From Candidatus Nitrosocosmicus sp. (lineage in GTDB: Archaea > Thermoproteota > Nitrososphaeria > Nitrososphaerales > Nitrososphaeraceae), in NCBI GenBank assembly GCA_038200885.1, contig JBBRRF010000001.1, forward strand, positions 1-42,490: a stretch of 42,490 bases of DNA, in the 5' to 3' direction. The position numbers and the translations under genes were made by a program. Below, piece after piece: positions 26,539 to 36,745 of the stretch (the stretch's first letter is position 1; each line of letters begins with the position of its first letter). The notes beneath the pieces were generated by a model. It worked only from the letters and a program-made list of their open reading frames with translations, was not told the DNA's origin and ran no database searches.

Positions 26539-28662
26539 TTGACAGATCAAAACAAAATCAAATCGATATTTGAGGATTCTTTTAAAAATAAAACCAAAGT
26601 CATTACAGAAGAAATTGCTAAAGGCATTCTTTCTGAATATAACATTAGCGTTCCCGGGTTTGCTCTGGTTGAGGACGTTGACTCCGCAGTCACAGAAGCA
26701 AGAAAATTGGGTTTTCCATTAGTAGCGAAAATAGTTTCCCCACAGATTTTGCACAAAACTGACGTGGGAGGTGTCAAAATTGATCTTAAAGATGAAGAAT
26801 CTGTTAAATCTGCATTTAACGATATGTATGAGAGATTATCGAAGGATTATGATGTAAAGGGTGTCCTCCTTGAGAAGATGGTCCCCAAAGGGGTTGAGAT
26901 GATTGTTGGTTTGCAAAATGACCCTCAGTTTGGCCCGGTTATGATGGTAGGACTTGGAGGAATTTTCACAGAATTATTCAAAGATGTGTCGTTTAGGGTT
27001 CTTCCTCTTACCAAGGAAGATGCAACGGAAATGATTGAAGAACTCCAGGGTAAAATGTTGTTAAAAGGATACCGTGGTTCAGAACCGGTAAATATGGAAA
27101 TATTAACTAATGCCTTGCTAAATATAGGAAAATTAGGGTACGATATTTCACCTTATTTTGAAAGCATAGATTTCAACCCTGTAATTGTATATCCTGACAG
27201 TTATTATGTTGCTGATGCAAAAATCATTTTATCAGAACAACCTAATTATGATGTTGTTTCTAACGTTGAACCAAATTCTACTAACATGGATTTGTTTTTT
27301 AATGCCAAATCTATTGCATTAATAGGTGCCTCCCCTGAAATAGGAAAGATCGGAAACTCTGTGCTAGAAACTTTGGTAAAGCATGACTATAAAGGAAAGG
27401 TGTATCCTGTAAATGCAAAAGGTTATCCCGAAATAATGGGGATACCAGCTTACAAGAGTCTGGGAGATATTAAAGATCCTATTGACGTGGTAGTTGTTAC
27501 TGTAGATTTGAAATTTGTTCCCGATTTATTAAAGATTTGTGGCGATAAATCCATCCACAATGTTGTGGTCATTTCTGGAGGTGGGAAAGAGTTAGGAGGA
27601 GAAAGAGCCGATATTGAACAGCAAGTCAAGGAATTGTCATCTCAGCTAAATATTAGGATTATAGGACCTAATTGCATTGGAATGTTTAACGGCGAGAATA
27701 GGCTCGATTGTGCCTTCCAGGGGCATGACCGTATGCTTAGACCTAAAAATGGTAATGTGTCCTTCTTGTCTCAAAGTGGAACTATAGGCATCGCATTTAT
27801 GGAGCATTCATTTCCCTTTGGGATGAGCAAAATGGTTTCATATGGAAACCGTTCTGATGTAGATGAAGCTGACATGATCTGGTATTTGGCCGAGGACCCA
27901 CAAACTAAGGTTATAGGATTATATGTAGAGGGCTTGGGAGATGGCCGAAAGTTTGTTAACACTGCTAAGAAGGTAATTACTGAACGAAAAAAACCAATTG
28001 TAGTATTCAAAAATGGGCGAACTACAAGAGGTGCTAAACAAGCTGCTTCTCACACTGGCTCTTTAGGGGGAACTTATAGCGTTGTGAAGGGTGCATTTTC
28101 TCAAAATGGAATAATTTCAGTGGACAGCTACGATGAACTGACTGCTTCTCTTAAAGCCCTTTCATGGCAGCCAGTACCAGAGGGAAACAGAGTTGCAATG
28201 GTTACAAATGGTGCCGGGCCGATAATTGCAGCCATTGACCAATTTGAGAGACTGGGGTTACAGGTAGCCAACCTCAGTGGAGAGAGCATGAAATTATTCA
28301 AGTCTCATTATCCAGCAACTTATGTAATAGGCAATCCGTGTGATGTCACAGGATCCGCAAATGCAGACGATTATAAATTTGCGATCCAGACATTTATGGA
28401 TGATCCAAATGTCGATATCGTAATGCCTTGGTTCGTCTTTCAAGATGACCCCCTTGAGGAGAAAATAGTTGATATTCTGGCCGAATTCAATAGGCAAGGG
28501 AAAAAGCCCATCCTTGTTGGCGCGCTGGGTGGTCCATTTACTCAAAAAATGGCTAACAAGTTAGAGGAGAATAATGTGCCGGTATATCAATCGGTAAATA
28601 CCTGGAGTATAGCAGCTAGTTCATTAGCCAAATGGTCTGCTCTATCCAAGCCACATAAGTAG
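26539..28662 (+). CDS. 3-hydroxypropionate--CoA ligase (ADP-forming), HP/HB cycle
   Basis: N-terminal ATP-grasp ([19 protein letters not shown]), then CoA-binding/ligase domains (GPNCIG, SQSG, ASHTGSL). Domain order and motifs such as NRLDCAFQG and [13 protein letters not shown] match my recollection of the thaumarchaeal 3-HP-CoA synthetase. Confidence 0.88.
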   Translation: MTDQNKIKSIFEDSFKNKTKVITEEIAKGILSEYNISVPGFALVEDVDSAVTEARKLGFPLVAKIVSPQILHKTDVGGVKIDLKDEESVKSAFNDMYERLSKDYDVKGVLLEKMVPKGVEMIVGLQNDPQFGPVMMVGLGGIFTELFKDVSFRVLPLTKEDATEMIEELQGKMLLKGYRGSEPVNMEILTNALLNIGKLGYDISPYFESIDFNPVIVYPDSYYVADAKIILSEQPNYDVVSNVEPNSTNMDLFFNAKSIALIGASPEIGKIGNSVLETLVKHDYKGKVYPVNAKGYPEIMGIPAYKSLGDIKDPIDVVVVTVDLKFVPDLLKICGDKSIHNVVVISGGGKELGGERADIEQQVKELSSQLNIRIIGPNCIGMFNGENRLDCAFQGHDRMLRPKNGNVSFLSQSGTIGIAFMEHSFPFGMSKMVSYGNRSDVDEADMIWYLAEDPQTKVIGLYVEGLGDGRKFVNTAKKVITERKKPIVVFKNGRTTRGAKQAASHTGSLGGTYSVVKGAFSQNGIISVDSYDELTASLKALSWQPVPEGNRVAMVTNGAGPIIAAIDQFERLGLQVANLSGESMKLFKSHYPATYVIGNPCDVTGSANADDYKFAIQTFMDDPNVDIVMPWFVFQDDPLEEKIVDILAEFNRQGKKPILVGALGGPFTQKMANKLEENNVPVYQSVNTWSIAASSLAKWSALSKPHK

Positions 28663-28663
28663 A

Positions 28664-28695
28664 CCTCTTTTTTTACAAAATCCTCTCTTTTTTTT
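28664..28695 (+). terminator. Archaeal oligo-T terminator (two T tracts)
   Basis: T7 and T8 runs immediately after the stop codon. Confidence 0.55.
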
Positions 28696-28748
28696 GGTTT
28701 ATTTATAGGAAAACATTCTTAAATTTGTATTGCTTATTATAATATATC

Positions 28749-29099
28749 ATGGCAAGTGTACAACAACCTAAAATTATTGATGTTACAGCAAAGGCTGCAG
28801 AAAAGGTTACAGAATTTATGAAACAAGAAGGGAAAGATAGTCTCTATTTGAGAGTATATGTCACTGGCGGTGGATGTTCTGGATTATCATATGGAATGGG
28901 ATTTGAAGAAAATCCAGACGAAGATGATGTAATATTGGAACAAAACAAAGTTAAAATTTTAGTAGATAATTATAGTCAAAAATATTTGAAAGGAGCTGTA
29001 GTCGATTACATTGAAAGTTTGATGGGATCAGGTTTTAAGATAACTAATCCAAACGTTACAAAGAGCTGCTCATGCGGTCACTCATTTTCTACTGAGTAA
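28749..29099 (+). CDS. A-type Fe-S carrier (HesB/IscA/ErpA family)
   Basis: GGCSGLSY and CSCGHSF motifs. Confidence 0.95.
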   Translation: MASVQQPKIIDVTAKAAEKVTEFMKQEGKDSLYLRVYVTGGGCSGLSYGMGFEENPDEDDVILEQNKVKILVDNYSQKYLKGAVVDYIESLMGSGFKITNPNVTKSCSCGHSFSTE

Positions 29100-29176
29100 T
29101 TTTTTCATTTCTTTTAAAATCCAATTTTCTACCCATTCATTCTTTATGGTAAATATCGGGCCTAAACTTTTTAAAT

Positions 29177-29197
29177 TTATGATTTATGATTTATGAT
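29177..29197. repeat. Short tandem repeat (TTTATGA)x3
   Basis: Read directly between convergent genes. Confidence 0.7.
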
Positions 29198-29290
29198 ATG
29201 GCGAAAATAAATCTGAATGATGACTTGCATGCTTTTTCTCCTCAATTTATGTTTTAAAGACCCTTTGCATTCAGGTCAAACTGTTATTGG

Positions 29291-30565
29291 TTATGGCCAA
29301 ATTCCTCTTAGCTTTATGGCTTCAGCGACTCTATTGACTGCCAAGGCGATACTTGCTGTACGCATGTTTGTGTTATATTTTTGATGTGCATCATATACCT
29401 CGGCGAATGCCTTTGTCATTATTACATCTAATCTCTCGTTTACTTCAGCTTCAGACCAATAATCTCTCCTTAAATTTTGGAGCCATTCAAAATACGATAC
29501 TGTTACTCCACCACTATTAGCCAATACATCTGGGATAACTAAAATATTGTTTTCATAAAAAATTTGGTCAGCTTCCGGAGTAGTAGGACCATTTGCCGCT
29601 TCAGCAACAATTTTGGTCTTAATTCTAGAGGCGTTGTCCTTCGTAATCTGATTCTCCAAAGCAGCTGGGATCAAAATCGTACATTCTGTAGTTAATAATT
29701 CATCATTATTTATTTCAGTTGCGCCAGGGAAGCCACGGATCGATTTATTTTCTAGTTTAAATTTCATTAATTCATTTACTTTAAATCCATTCTTGTTAAT
29801 TATTGCTCCTTGTGTATCTGAAACAGCAATAATTTTTGCACCCTGTTCTTCAACTAATTGAGCAGCAAACTGTCCTGCGTTACCAAATCCTTGAACGACT
29901 ACTACTGCCTCATTCATATTGATATTTTGTTTTTTGGCAGCCTCTCTTACCGTAAAAGAGAGTCCTCTTCCAGTAGCTTCAGTTCTACCCAATGATCCGC
30001 CTATGGGTAGGGGTTTCCCAGTAATTAGCCCTGGTTCTCCACGATTGCCCTTGAGGGTAGAATAAGTATCCATTATCCATGCCATTTCTTGACCGCCAGT
30101 GTATACATCTGGTGCCGGGATGTCCGTATAGGGTCCAATAATATCGGAAATAGCATACGCATATCTTCTTGTCATCCTTTCTAACTCTGAGTTTGACATA
30201 TTCTTAGGATTGCAAATTATGCCTCCCTTACCCCCACCTAGCGGTATCCCTACCACGGCACATTTCCAAGTCATCCACATAGAGAGTGCCATTACTTCTT
30301 CAATGGTTACCTGAGGATGATATCTAATTCCACCTTTAAATGGACCCCTTGCATCATTGTGTTGAGAACGGAACCCTGTAAAGACCTCTATCCTCCCATC
30401 ATCCATTTTAACCGGTAAGGATACTGTTAGAACTCTCTTTGGCTTAGCAAGTATTTTGTGGATACCTTCATCTAAATTGATAATTTTTGCAGTTTCTTGA
30501 AGCTGTTTCAAAGCCATTTGATAGGGATTATTAGTCGATCCAAATTCGTTAGCATTATTTGTCAT
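29291..30565 (-). CDS. gdhA: Glutamate dehydrogenase (Glu/Leu/Phe/Val DH family)
   Basis: GPFKGGIRYHP, GGGKGG, DIPAPD, VQGFGNAG and EAANGP motifs. I prefer ATG 30565 over the upstream TTG at 30607. Confidence 0.95.
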   Translation of the reverse strand: MTNNANEFGSTNNPYQMALKQLQETAKIINLDEGIHKILAKPKRVLTVSLPVKMDDGRIEVFTGFRSQHNDARGPFKGGIRYHPQVTIEEVMALSMWMTWKCAVVGIPLGGGKGGIICNPKNMSNSELERMTRRYAYAISDIIGPYTDIPAPDVYTGGQEMAWIMDTYSTLKGNRGEPGLITGKPLPIGGSLGRTEATGRGLSFTVREAAKKQNINMNEAVVVVQGFGNAGQFAAQLVEEQGAKIIAVSDTQGAIINKNGFKVNELMKFKLENKSIRGFPGATEINNDELLTTECTILIPAALENQITKDNASRIKTKIVAEAANGPTTPEADQIFYENNILVIPDVLANSGGVTVSYFEWLQNLRRDYWSEAEVNERLDVIMTKAFAEVYDAHQKYNTNMRTASIALAVNRVAEAIKLRGIWP

Positions 30566-31573
30566 TATAATAGAGGGAAAAATTTTGATATATTTAAATT
30601 TAATCAAAAAGCCACTACCATAATTTGATATATTGGAGATGGATAGATTTAATCGGATAATATCAGAAATTGATTGAATATTTTATAGCTTTTATACAGA
30701 TACCTAATGCTCTGTTCTCCAAACAAATAGAGCAAATTAAAAGCGGTTTCTTGTAATATGTGTTAATTTTTACGATCAAATATTTTTTATCAATCTCTTC
30801 AAGGATGTACTCTCCGTTTGACCCTATCAACCCAACTTTTATATGTAATTAACAGAAAAACGGAAGCCTCATATTTTAAATAATCCGAACCTATCTAAAG
30901 GATGGGATTACAAATGGTTCATTATTTCGCCTATTTTAATTCATTTCTACACTGCAAATTACAAATCACAAAAATAGGGCAAAAGTAGCCACGATATTAA
31001 AATGATTTGATATCTAAATTATGACTAATTTTTCCACATACAACTTTTAATCACAGCTAAAACAATACTATAAAATTCAAATCTCATGACGGATTACCAC
31101 TTTCGGATTTACTAAATCCCACTTGATTGAGATAACAATTGTAGATGCTCCTATTAGTATTTTTTAAGAGATTGATTATTCCTTGTCAAAACGAAATATG
31201 GAAAAACCAAATGAAGGGTTTAGTGATCATTTTGCTTAGATCTTTTGTAATGTTTTCTACTTAAAGGAAACGTATGCTATTTAACATTAGGCATCCAGGG
31301 TACCTGAGTCCATAATAATTAAAAAGACCGAAGGAAAAAGGTGCAGTCTGCTCATTCTAATACATAAAGATAAAAACCTCACTCAAATCAAATCATATCA
31401 ATTCACCATCTGCTAATTTGAGCTGACTTATAGTCAGGTTTAGGAACGGAAAGGTACATCAATGCAGAAAATCTTTTAATTTTTTAATTTATTTTTATTC
31501 AGTAACATCAATTTAAAATTTTTAATTCGGTCAAAATGTATATAAATAGTATTCTTGATATTCTACTATTTGT

Positions 31574-31915
31574 TTGGTAAATATTGAATTTCTAAAACGC
31601 TTTTCCACAGATTTTACGGAGAATTTACATAGTTTTGAATATGTTCCAATGGTATCCAAGAGGCTGTTAAATCATTATTCCCAATGTTATTTTACTCATA
31701 CTTTTAGTTATAGGATCCTGTTACCAAGGTCAATTGACTCTCCAAAAGATAATGATATTTCAAGGAAATTGGGATTGCAACTTCAAAACGAGTTGTTATC
31801 TGGAATCCGCTCTTTAAAATTAAGGCCAAATATCAAGGACTACCGATATGTTCACGATGATTCACACTTTGGCTGGTTATTACTCGATCCGGCGCTAACA
31901 AATAAGTTTAACTGA
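31574..31915 (+). CDS. Hypothetical protein
   Basis: 113-aa ORF preceded by a TATA-like element (tatataaa near 31538-31547). No motif recognised. Confidence 0.65.
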   Translation: MVNIEFLKRFSTDFTENLHSFEYVPMVSKRLLNHYSQCYFTHTFSYRILLPRSIDSPKDNDISRKLGLQLQNELLSGIRSLKLRPNIKDYRYVHDDSHFGWLLLDPALTNKFN

Positions 31916-32008
31916 AATTATACTATTGTTTTATGTTTTTTAGAATTTGAAATAGAATTCAAATGACAGAAAGTTCTGCTCATACCACCTGTATCAATCT
32001 CTCTGGTT

Positions 32009-32707
32009 CTAATCTACAATATTAATTCTTTGATGCTCATTTGCTTTTAGGGCCTTTACTAATACTGCAACTATTACCAAACCAAAAAAATACCCACCTA
32101 CCAAATCTATAAAGTGGTGTTGAAAAAGGTACAGTTTGGTGAAGCCTATTAGCGCCGGGAAAAATATTAAAAATGCTATCGCGAACCTGGGCGAATATTT
32201 ATAGGACAATCCACCCACAATAAAACTGAAAGCGGCTGCTGAGGCTATGTGATTTGAGGGGTATGAATAGTCTTGGGCAAAGGGCATAAAACTATCCCGT
32301 TCGAGCGTGAATTTATCTGGTAGTATTACTAGTGGTTTAAAATCGATACTCGGGTGCTCAATTGCAAACAATGGTTTACAATAGGTTACTAAAATGGTAA
32401 CAGAAACTAAGGTAATCAATAAAATCATACCTATTTTTCTAGTTCTCTTAATTATTGTAAGGATAAAACCAACAATTATTAAATTAATAGTATCTGATGT
32501 GGTAGTGATAATAATGAATACTTCGTCCAATGTTTGACTTCTTATTTGATTGATAAATTTTGTTATAATTTCGTCTAAATTACCTAATACTCCTGTAACT
32601 GCAAGAATGCTTGCAATAGCAAAAATAAAAAAAAATACAAAAATAAAAGATACTTTGATATCCCAATAAGGATTTGTCGGTTTTATTTGGATCTTATTAT
32701 TCACCAT
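32009..32707 (-). CDS. PAP2 family membrane phosphatase
   Basis: K-x6-HP, YSYPSNH and TKLYLFQHHFID, which are variants of the three PAP2 motifs, with multiple TM helices. Confidence 0.85.
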   Translation of the reverse strand: MVNNKIQIKPTNPYWDIKVSFIFVFFFIFAIASILAVTGVLGNLDEIITKFINQIRSQTLDEVFIIITTTSDTINLIIVGFILTIIKRTRKIGMILLITLVSVTILVTYCKPLFAIEHPSIDFKPLVILPDKFTLERDSFMPFAQDYSYPSNHIASAAAFSFIVGGLSYKYSPRFAIAFLIFFPALIGFTKLYLFQHHFIDLVGGYFFGLVIVAVLVKALKANEHQRINIVD

Positions 32708-32771
32708 ACATTAGTAGAAAGTTGTCCTTTTCTGTTTTCTGAGAATCGAATCCACGATCATTTACTGTTTG

Positions 32772-33200
32772 TTAAAAAACTTTGGATTCATCCTTCATTT
32801 GAGTAGCAGATGCTGGATCCTTATCAACGTAGTATTTTACCATTCCCAGTTTTAACACTTTTAAGGAAAGTAAAGCACATTTTATTCTAGCCGGGCCCAA
32901 ATTTGTCAGACCAATATTTTCGAGCACATCGTCTTTTGTGATATCTTTAATTGTTGTTATTGGTTTATTTGAAACCATTTCAGTCAACATTGAGGCGCTA
33001 GCCTGGCTAATGGCACATCCTCTCCCATCAAACTTGATGTCTTTAATTATGTCACCTTCAACTTTCAGATCAATTGAAATTTCATCACCACAGAGTGGAT
33101 TGCTATCATTTATTCTTATATCTGGTTCCTCGATCTTTCCTTTATTTCGCGGATTTCTATAGTGGTCAAGTATCATTTCCCTGTAAATATCTTCACTCAT
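32772..33200 (-). CDS. sufU: Fe-S scaffold / sulfur-transfer protein, SufU/IscU family
   Basis: ILDHYRNPRN, NPLCGD, GCAISQAS and ARIKCALL motifs. ATGA overlap with sufS. Confidence 0.92.
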   Translation of the reverse strand: MSEDIYREMILDHYRNPRNKGKIEEPDIRINDSNPLCGDEISIDLKVEGDIIKDIKFDGRGCAISQASASMLTEMVSNKPITTIKDITKDDVLENIGLTNLGPARIKCALLSLKVLKLGMVKYYVDKDPASATQMKDESKVF

Positions 33201-34447
33201 ATATTGAATATCCTCCTAGCATGATTTAAAGCATCTATTAATGTATCAATTTCCTCTTTAGTATTATAAATATAAAGGCTAGCTCTGGAAGAAGCTACGA
33301 TATCAAGCTTTTCCATCAACACCTGGGCACAATGATGTCCAGACCTAATTGCTACTCCGAAATCATTTAATATTGTGGCGCAATCATGGGGGTGAATTCC
33401 TTCGATATTAAATGAGACCAGGCCTCCTCTATCTTTAGCAATTTTGGGACCGTACACTTTTATATTTTTTATTTCTTGAATGCGGTTTAAAAGATAGGAG
33501 GTCATTTCTAATTCATGATCACGAACATTATCCATCCCTATCCTATTGAGATAATCTATTGCAGAGCTAAAGCCAATTACATCAGCAATATTTGGGGTTC
33601 CACCTTCAAATCTGTAAGGTAGATCATTAAATATCGTGTTTTCTTTATGTACCTCTTTTATCATATCGCCACCAGAAATAAATGGCTTCATCTGCTCTAA
33701 TATTGCTTTTTTGACGTACAACACTCCTACGCCTGTAGGGCCGAGCATTTTATGGGCTGAAAATGCTAGAAAATCAACCCCTGTTTGTTGAACATCAGTT
33801 TTCATATGTGGAACTGACTGGGCACCATCCAAAACGACAGGGATGTTTTTTTCATGTGCAATTTCGATAATTTCCCTAGCTGGAAATATAGTCCCTAATA
33901 CGTTTGACATTTCACTAAGGGAGACCAACTTAATTTTTCCATCACCTTTCATTGACAAAAGTTCCTCCAAGACCTCTAGGTCTATGTATCCATCCTCATC
34001 TACCTCCAAGTATTTGATTCTTGCTCCTCGACTTTTACAAAGAATCTGCCAAGGAACGATATTACTATGGTGCTCATATTCGGTCAGTAGTATCGTATTT
34101 CCCTTCTTAATGTTGGCATTTCCCCATGAATAAGCCACTAAATTGATTGACTCGGTAGTGTTTCGCGTAAAAATAATTTCTTCCTCGTATTTTGCATTTA
34201 TGAATTTTCTAACTTTCTCCCTTGTTCCCTCATATTCTGTTGTAGCTTCTTCAGCAATTTGATAAACTGCCCTATGAATATTGGAATTATACTCTGAATA
34301 ATATCTACAAATTGCATCTATTACTTCATTGGGCTTTTGAGTGGTTGCAGCATTATCAAGATATATTAATTTTTTTCCGTTGTTTAGTCGTCTATTCAAA
34401 ATGGGAAAATCCTGTCTAACCTTACTAACGTCTAGAAGAGCTTGCAT
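33197..34447 (-). CDS. sufS: Cysteine desulfurase, SufS type
   Basis: YLDNAATTQKP, EHHSN, DGAQ, SAHKMLGP and RSGHHCA (group II) motifs. Confidence 0.96.
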   Translation of the reverse strand: MQALLDVSKVRQDFPILNRRLNNGKKLIYLDNAATTQKPNEVIDAICRYYSEYNSNIHRAVYQIAEEATTEYEGTREKVRKFINAKYEEEIIFTRNTTESINLVAYSWGNANIKKGNTILLTEYEHHSNIVPWQILCKSRGARIKYLEVDEDGYIDLEVLEELLSMKGDGKIKLVSLSEMSNVLGTIFPAREIIEIAHEKNIPVVLDGAQSVPHMKTDVQQTGVDFLAFSAHKMLGPTGVGVLYVKKAILEQMKPFISGGDMIKEVHKENTIFNDLPYRFEGGTPNIADVIGFSSAIDYLNRIGMDNVRDHELEMTSYLLNRIQEIKNIKVYGPKIAKDRGGLVSFNIEGIHPHDCATILNDFGVAIRSGHHCAQVLMEKLDIVASSRASLYIYNTKEEIDTLIDALNHARRIFNI

Positions 34448-34542
34448 TAATGTTTATTATTCTGTAATTTGAGATATAAACTTAATATCTATAAAAAGTA
34501 TCCATTGGACAATTAGAGTCAAATCGTCTAGATGGTATAAAA

Positions 34543-35556
34543 TCAATTGTTATTATTGTACAGCCAACACTTTACCAAATTATTCCCAACTTGAATATCA
34601 GGGGGATCGTTTTTACAATCTCCAAATGCACTAGGACATCTATCTATAAACCGACACCCTCCTCCTACTTCTGTCAAATTAGGAGGGTCTCCTCTAATGA
34701 ATTTGATGGATTTCTCAGAGGATCTTATGTGAGGTATTGATTGAATTAGGGCTTGGGTATAAGGGTGCAATGGTTTTTCAAACACTGTTCTGATGTCCGA
34801 TATTTCAACAGCTTGACCTGCGTACATTATGATTACTCTATCTACCAGATTTGGAATCAGCGACATGTCATGAGTTATGACTATTATTTTCATATTTTTT
34901 TCCTCTTTTAATTTTCTTAATAATTGTAAAACTTGAGACTGAATAACTACATCTAATGCTGTTGTTGGTTCGTCTGCGATTAGAACTCTTGGCCCAAGCA
35001 ACAATGCATTGGCTATTACTATTCGTTGCTTCATTCCACCACTCAATTCATGCGGGTATTTTTTACAAACGAGGTCAGGATTTAATCCTACATCCGTAAG
35101 AGCAGACCTTATAATTGAAATACAATCTTTATTAGATATTTTTTTCCTGTGTGATGACAAAATTTCCTTCATCTGATCTTCTATGGTAAACACTGGATCA
35201 AGACTATTCATTGAACCCTGAAACACCATTGATATTTTCTTCCACCTGTATTTCTCATTGAATTCCCTTTCTGAGATATTCAAAATATCTTGGCCCTCAA
35301 AGATGAAACTTCCTGATACAACGGACCCGTTTTCTGCCAATGATCTTATGAGTCCATAGCCGAGGGAACTCTTTCCCGATCCGGATTCCCCTATTATACC
35401 GATACCTTGGGTATCATTCATCTTAAACGAAATTTTATCAACGGCCTTTAAAATTCCTGATTTTGTTTCATAGGCTATAGAAAGATCTTTGACTTCAATC
35501 GTACTGTTTACCCTTTTGTCAGGCTTGTTTCTATAAAATCTGTTTCTCTCATTCAT
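34543..35556 (-). CDS. Oligopeptide/dipeptide ABC transporter ATP-binding protein (OppD/DppD-like)
   Basis: GESGSGKS, YPHELSGGMKQR, ADEPT, HPYT and the C-terminal Cys cluster GCRF..RC....C...C. Confidence 0.92.
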   Translation of the reverse strand: MNERNRFYRNKPDKRVNSTIEVKDLSIAYETKSGILKAVDKISFKMNDTQGIGIIGESGSGKSSLGYGLIRSLAENGSVVSGSFIFEGQDILNISEREFNEKYRWKKISMVFQGSMNSLDPVFTIEDQMKEILSSHRKKISNKDCISIIRSALTDVGLNPDLVCKKYPHELSGGMKQRIVIANALLLGPRVLIADEPTTALDVVIQSQVLQLLRKLKEEKNMKIIVITHDMSLIPNLVDRVIIMYAGQAVEISDIRTVFEKPLHPYTQALIQSIPHIRSSEKSIKFIRGDPPNLTEVGGGCRFIDRCPSAFGDCKNDPPDIQVGNNLVKCWLYNNNN

Positions 35557-35724
35557 TTCGTTTTACTTCTTTTCTGATTAGGCAGAATTAGGCTTTTGTA
35601 TATTCGTCATAAGTTCACTTTCCCTTTTGCTTTATAATATTTTTTGCGTAAGGATGGCCTTCAATTTTAGTGTGTTAAACGATTTTATTGGTGATCGGGC
35701 CATTTTATTTTGATTTCTGGATTC

Positions 35725-35985
35725 ATGACCGAATTACTTATAAGCTGTGTAAAAAAAAATACACAAGGGATTATAGTGCAAGTGGGAATTAATGGAAATG
35801 TTTTTGATGTTAAAACTATTGCCGAAAAAATATGGTCCAGAGAATACACTTATTTTACAATAGCAAATGGGATTAGGGTAAGGGTATTTGCACTTAGACA
35901 TCCATCTACCAATGAACCCTATCTTACTACTACCACTAACTTGAAATTGCCCAATAATCTCAAATATTTGCCAAAATGCCAATGA
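35725..35985 (+). CDS. DUF3892-like small protein
   Basis: ISCVKK...PYLTT...NNLKYLPKC resembles the DUF3892 pattern as I recall it. ATG 35725 is in frame with the listed ORF. Confidence 0.7.
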   Translation: MTELLISCVKKNTQGIIVQVGINGNVFDVKTIAEKIWSREYTYFTIANGIRVRVFALRHPSTNEPYLTTTTNLKLPNNLKYLPKCQ

Positions 35986-36159
35986 TTCATTATATTGTCT
36001 TCTACTTTAAGACATCGGGTCCATCATAAAACTTGGCTCTAGTCTAATCATATATTTTGCTTAAATTTTCAACCTAGATGATAGAAAATAAAAAGAATTA
36101 ATGAATTCAAGGGTCTTATGAAATAAATAGATAGTCTAAAAAAAATCAAAGATATTTAA

Positions 36160-36693
36160 GTGTATTCTTTTATTAGGTTTAAAGTGGTAATGAAAACCCC
36201 TATTTGTACTTTTGATGCTAAAACAGGTATTTTGTGTAACTTATGTGAAAGCAAACTCGAGTCAGGCCAAATCACTCAATCAGACGTTGAGAGCTCTATA
36301 GTTCTTACAAGGCTAGCTCAAAAAAATTCTACCATAAATAAAATGACCTTAGTTTCGGCAAAAGAAATTAAAAATGAACATATATTAATGCTCAAGAGTT
36401 CCGATATAAGGCTAATCCGTTCAGACAATGACGTTAGCGATATCATAAATAAAGCATTCCAGAAAGACGTTTGGATAATTGAATCTGATTCTAATGATCG
36501 AGGATTTTTAGATAATCTATTTCATCCCGTCAAGTTAGAAAGTGTAAATTTTGTCTGGTTGCCAGATGGGAGTAAGTTAACAAGGGTTGTACCGGCAAAG
36601 AATTCCGAAGGAATTGATGAAAAAAGGTTAGAAACTATAAAAATGATATCTATGGCAGTTAGGCAAATCGATCTCATAGTTGAGTTTGATTGA
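36160..36693 (+). CDS. NusA-like KH-domain protein with N-terminal Cys motif (likely start ATG 36190)
   Basis: MKTPICTFDAKTGILCNLCE...VWLPDGS pattern of archaeal NusA paralogues, located upstream of aspS. Confidence 0.75.
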   Translation: MYSFIRFKVVMKTPICTFDAKTGILCNLCESKLESGQITQSDVESSIVLTRLAQKNSTINKMTLVSAKEIKNEHILMLKSSDIRLIRSDNDVSDIINKAFQKDVWIIESDSNDRGFLDNLFHPVKLESVNFVWLPDGSKLTRVVPAKNSEGIDEKRLETIKMISMAVRQIDLIVEFD

Positions 36694-36745
36694 AAACTTT
36701 ATTTGGATTCCAATGCTAAACATGTAGTTTATTAAAAGGAGTTGA

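Noticed and set aside
26539-28662. Alternative call as 4-hydroxybutyrate--CoA ligase or generic acetate--CoA ligase
   Set aside because: The N-terminal ATP-grasp order and specific motifs fit the thaumarchaeal 3-hydroxypropionate enzyme better. A phylogeny would confirm this.
30708-30734. Second MITE copy (TGCTCTGTT...AATAGAGCA)
   Set aside because: Only 27 bp long, with imperfect arms and no target-site duplication. Kept only as a dyad.
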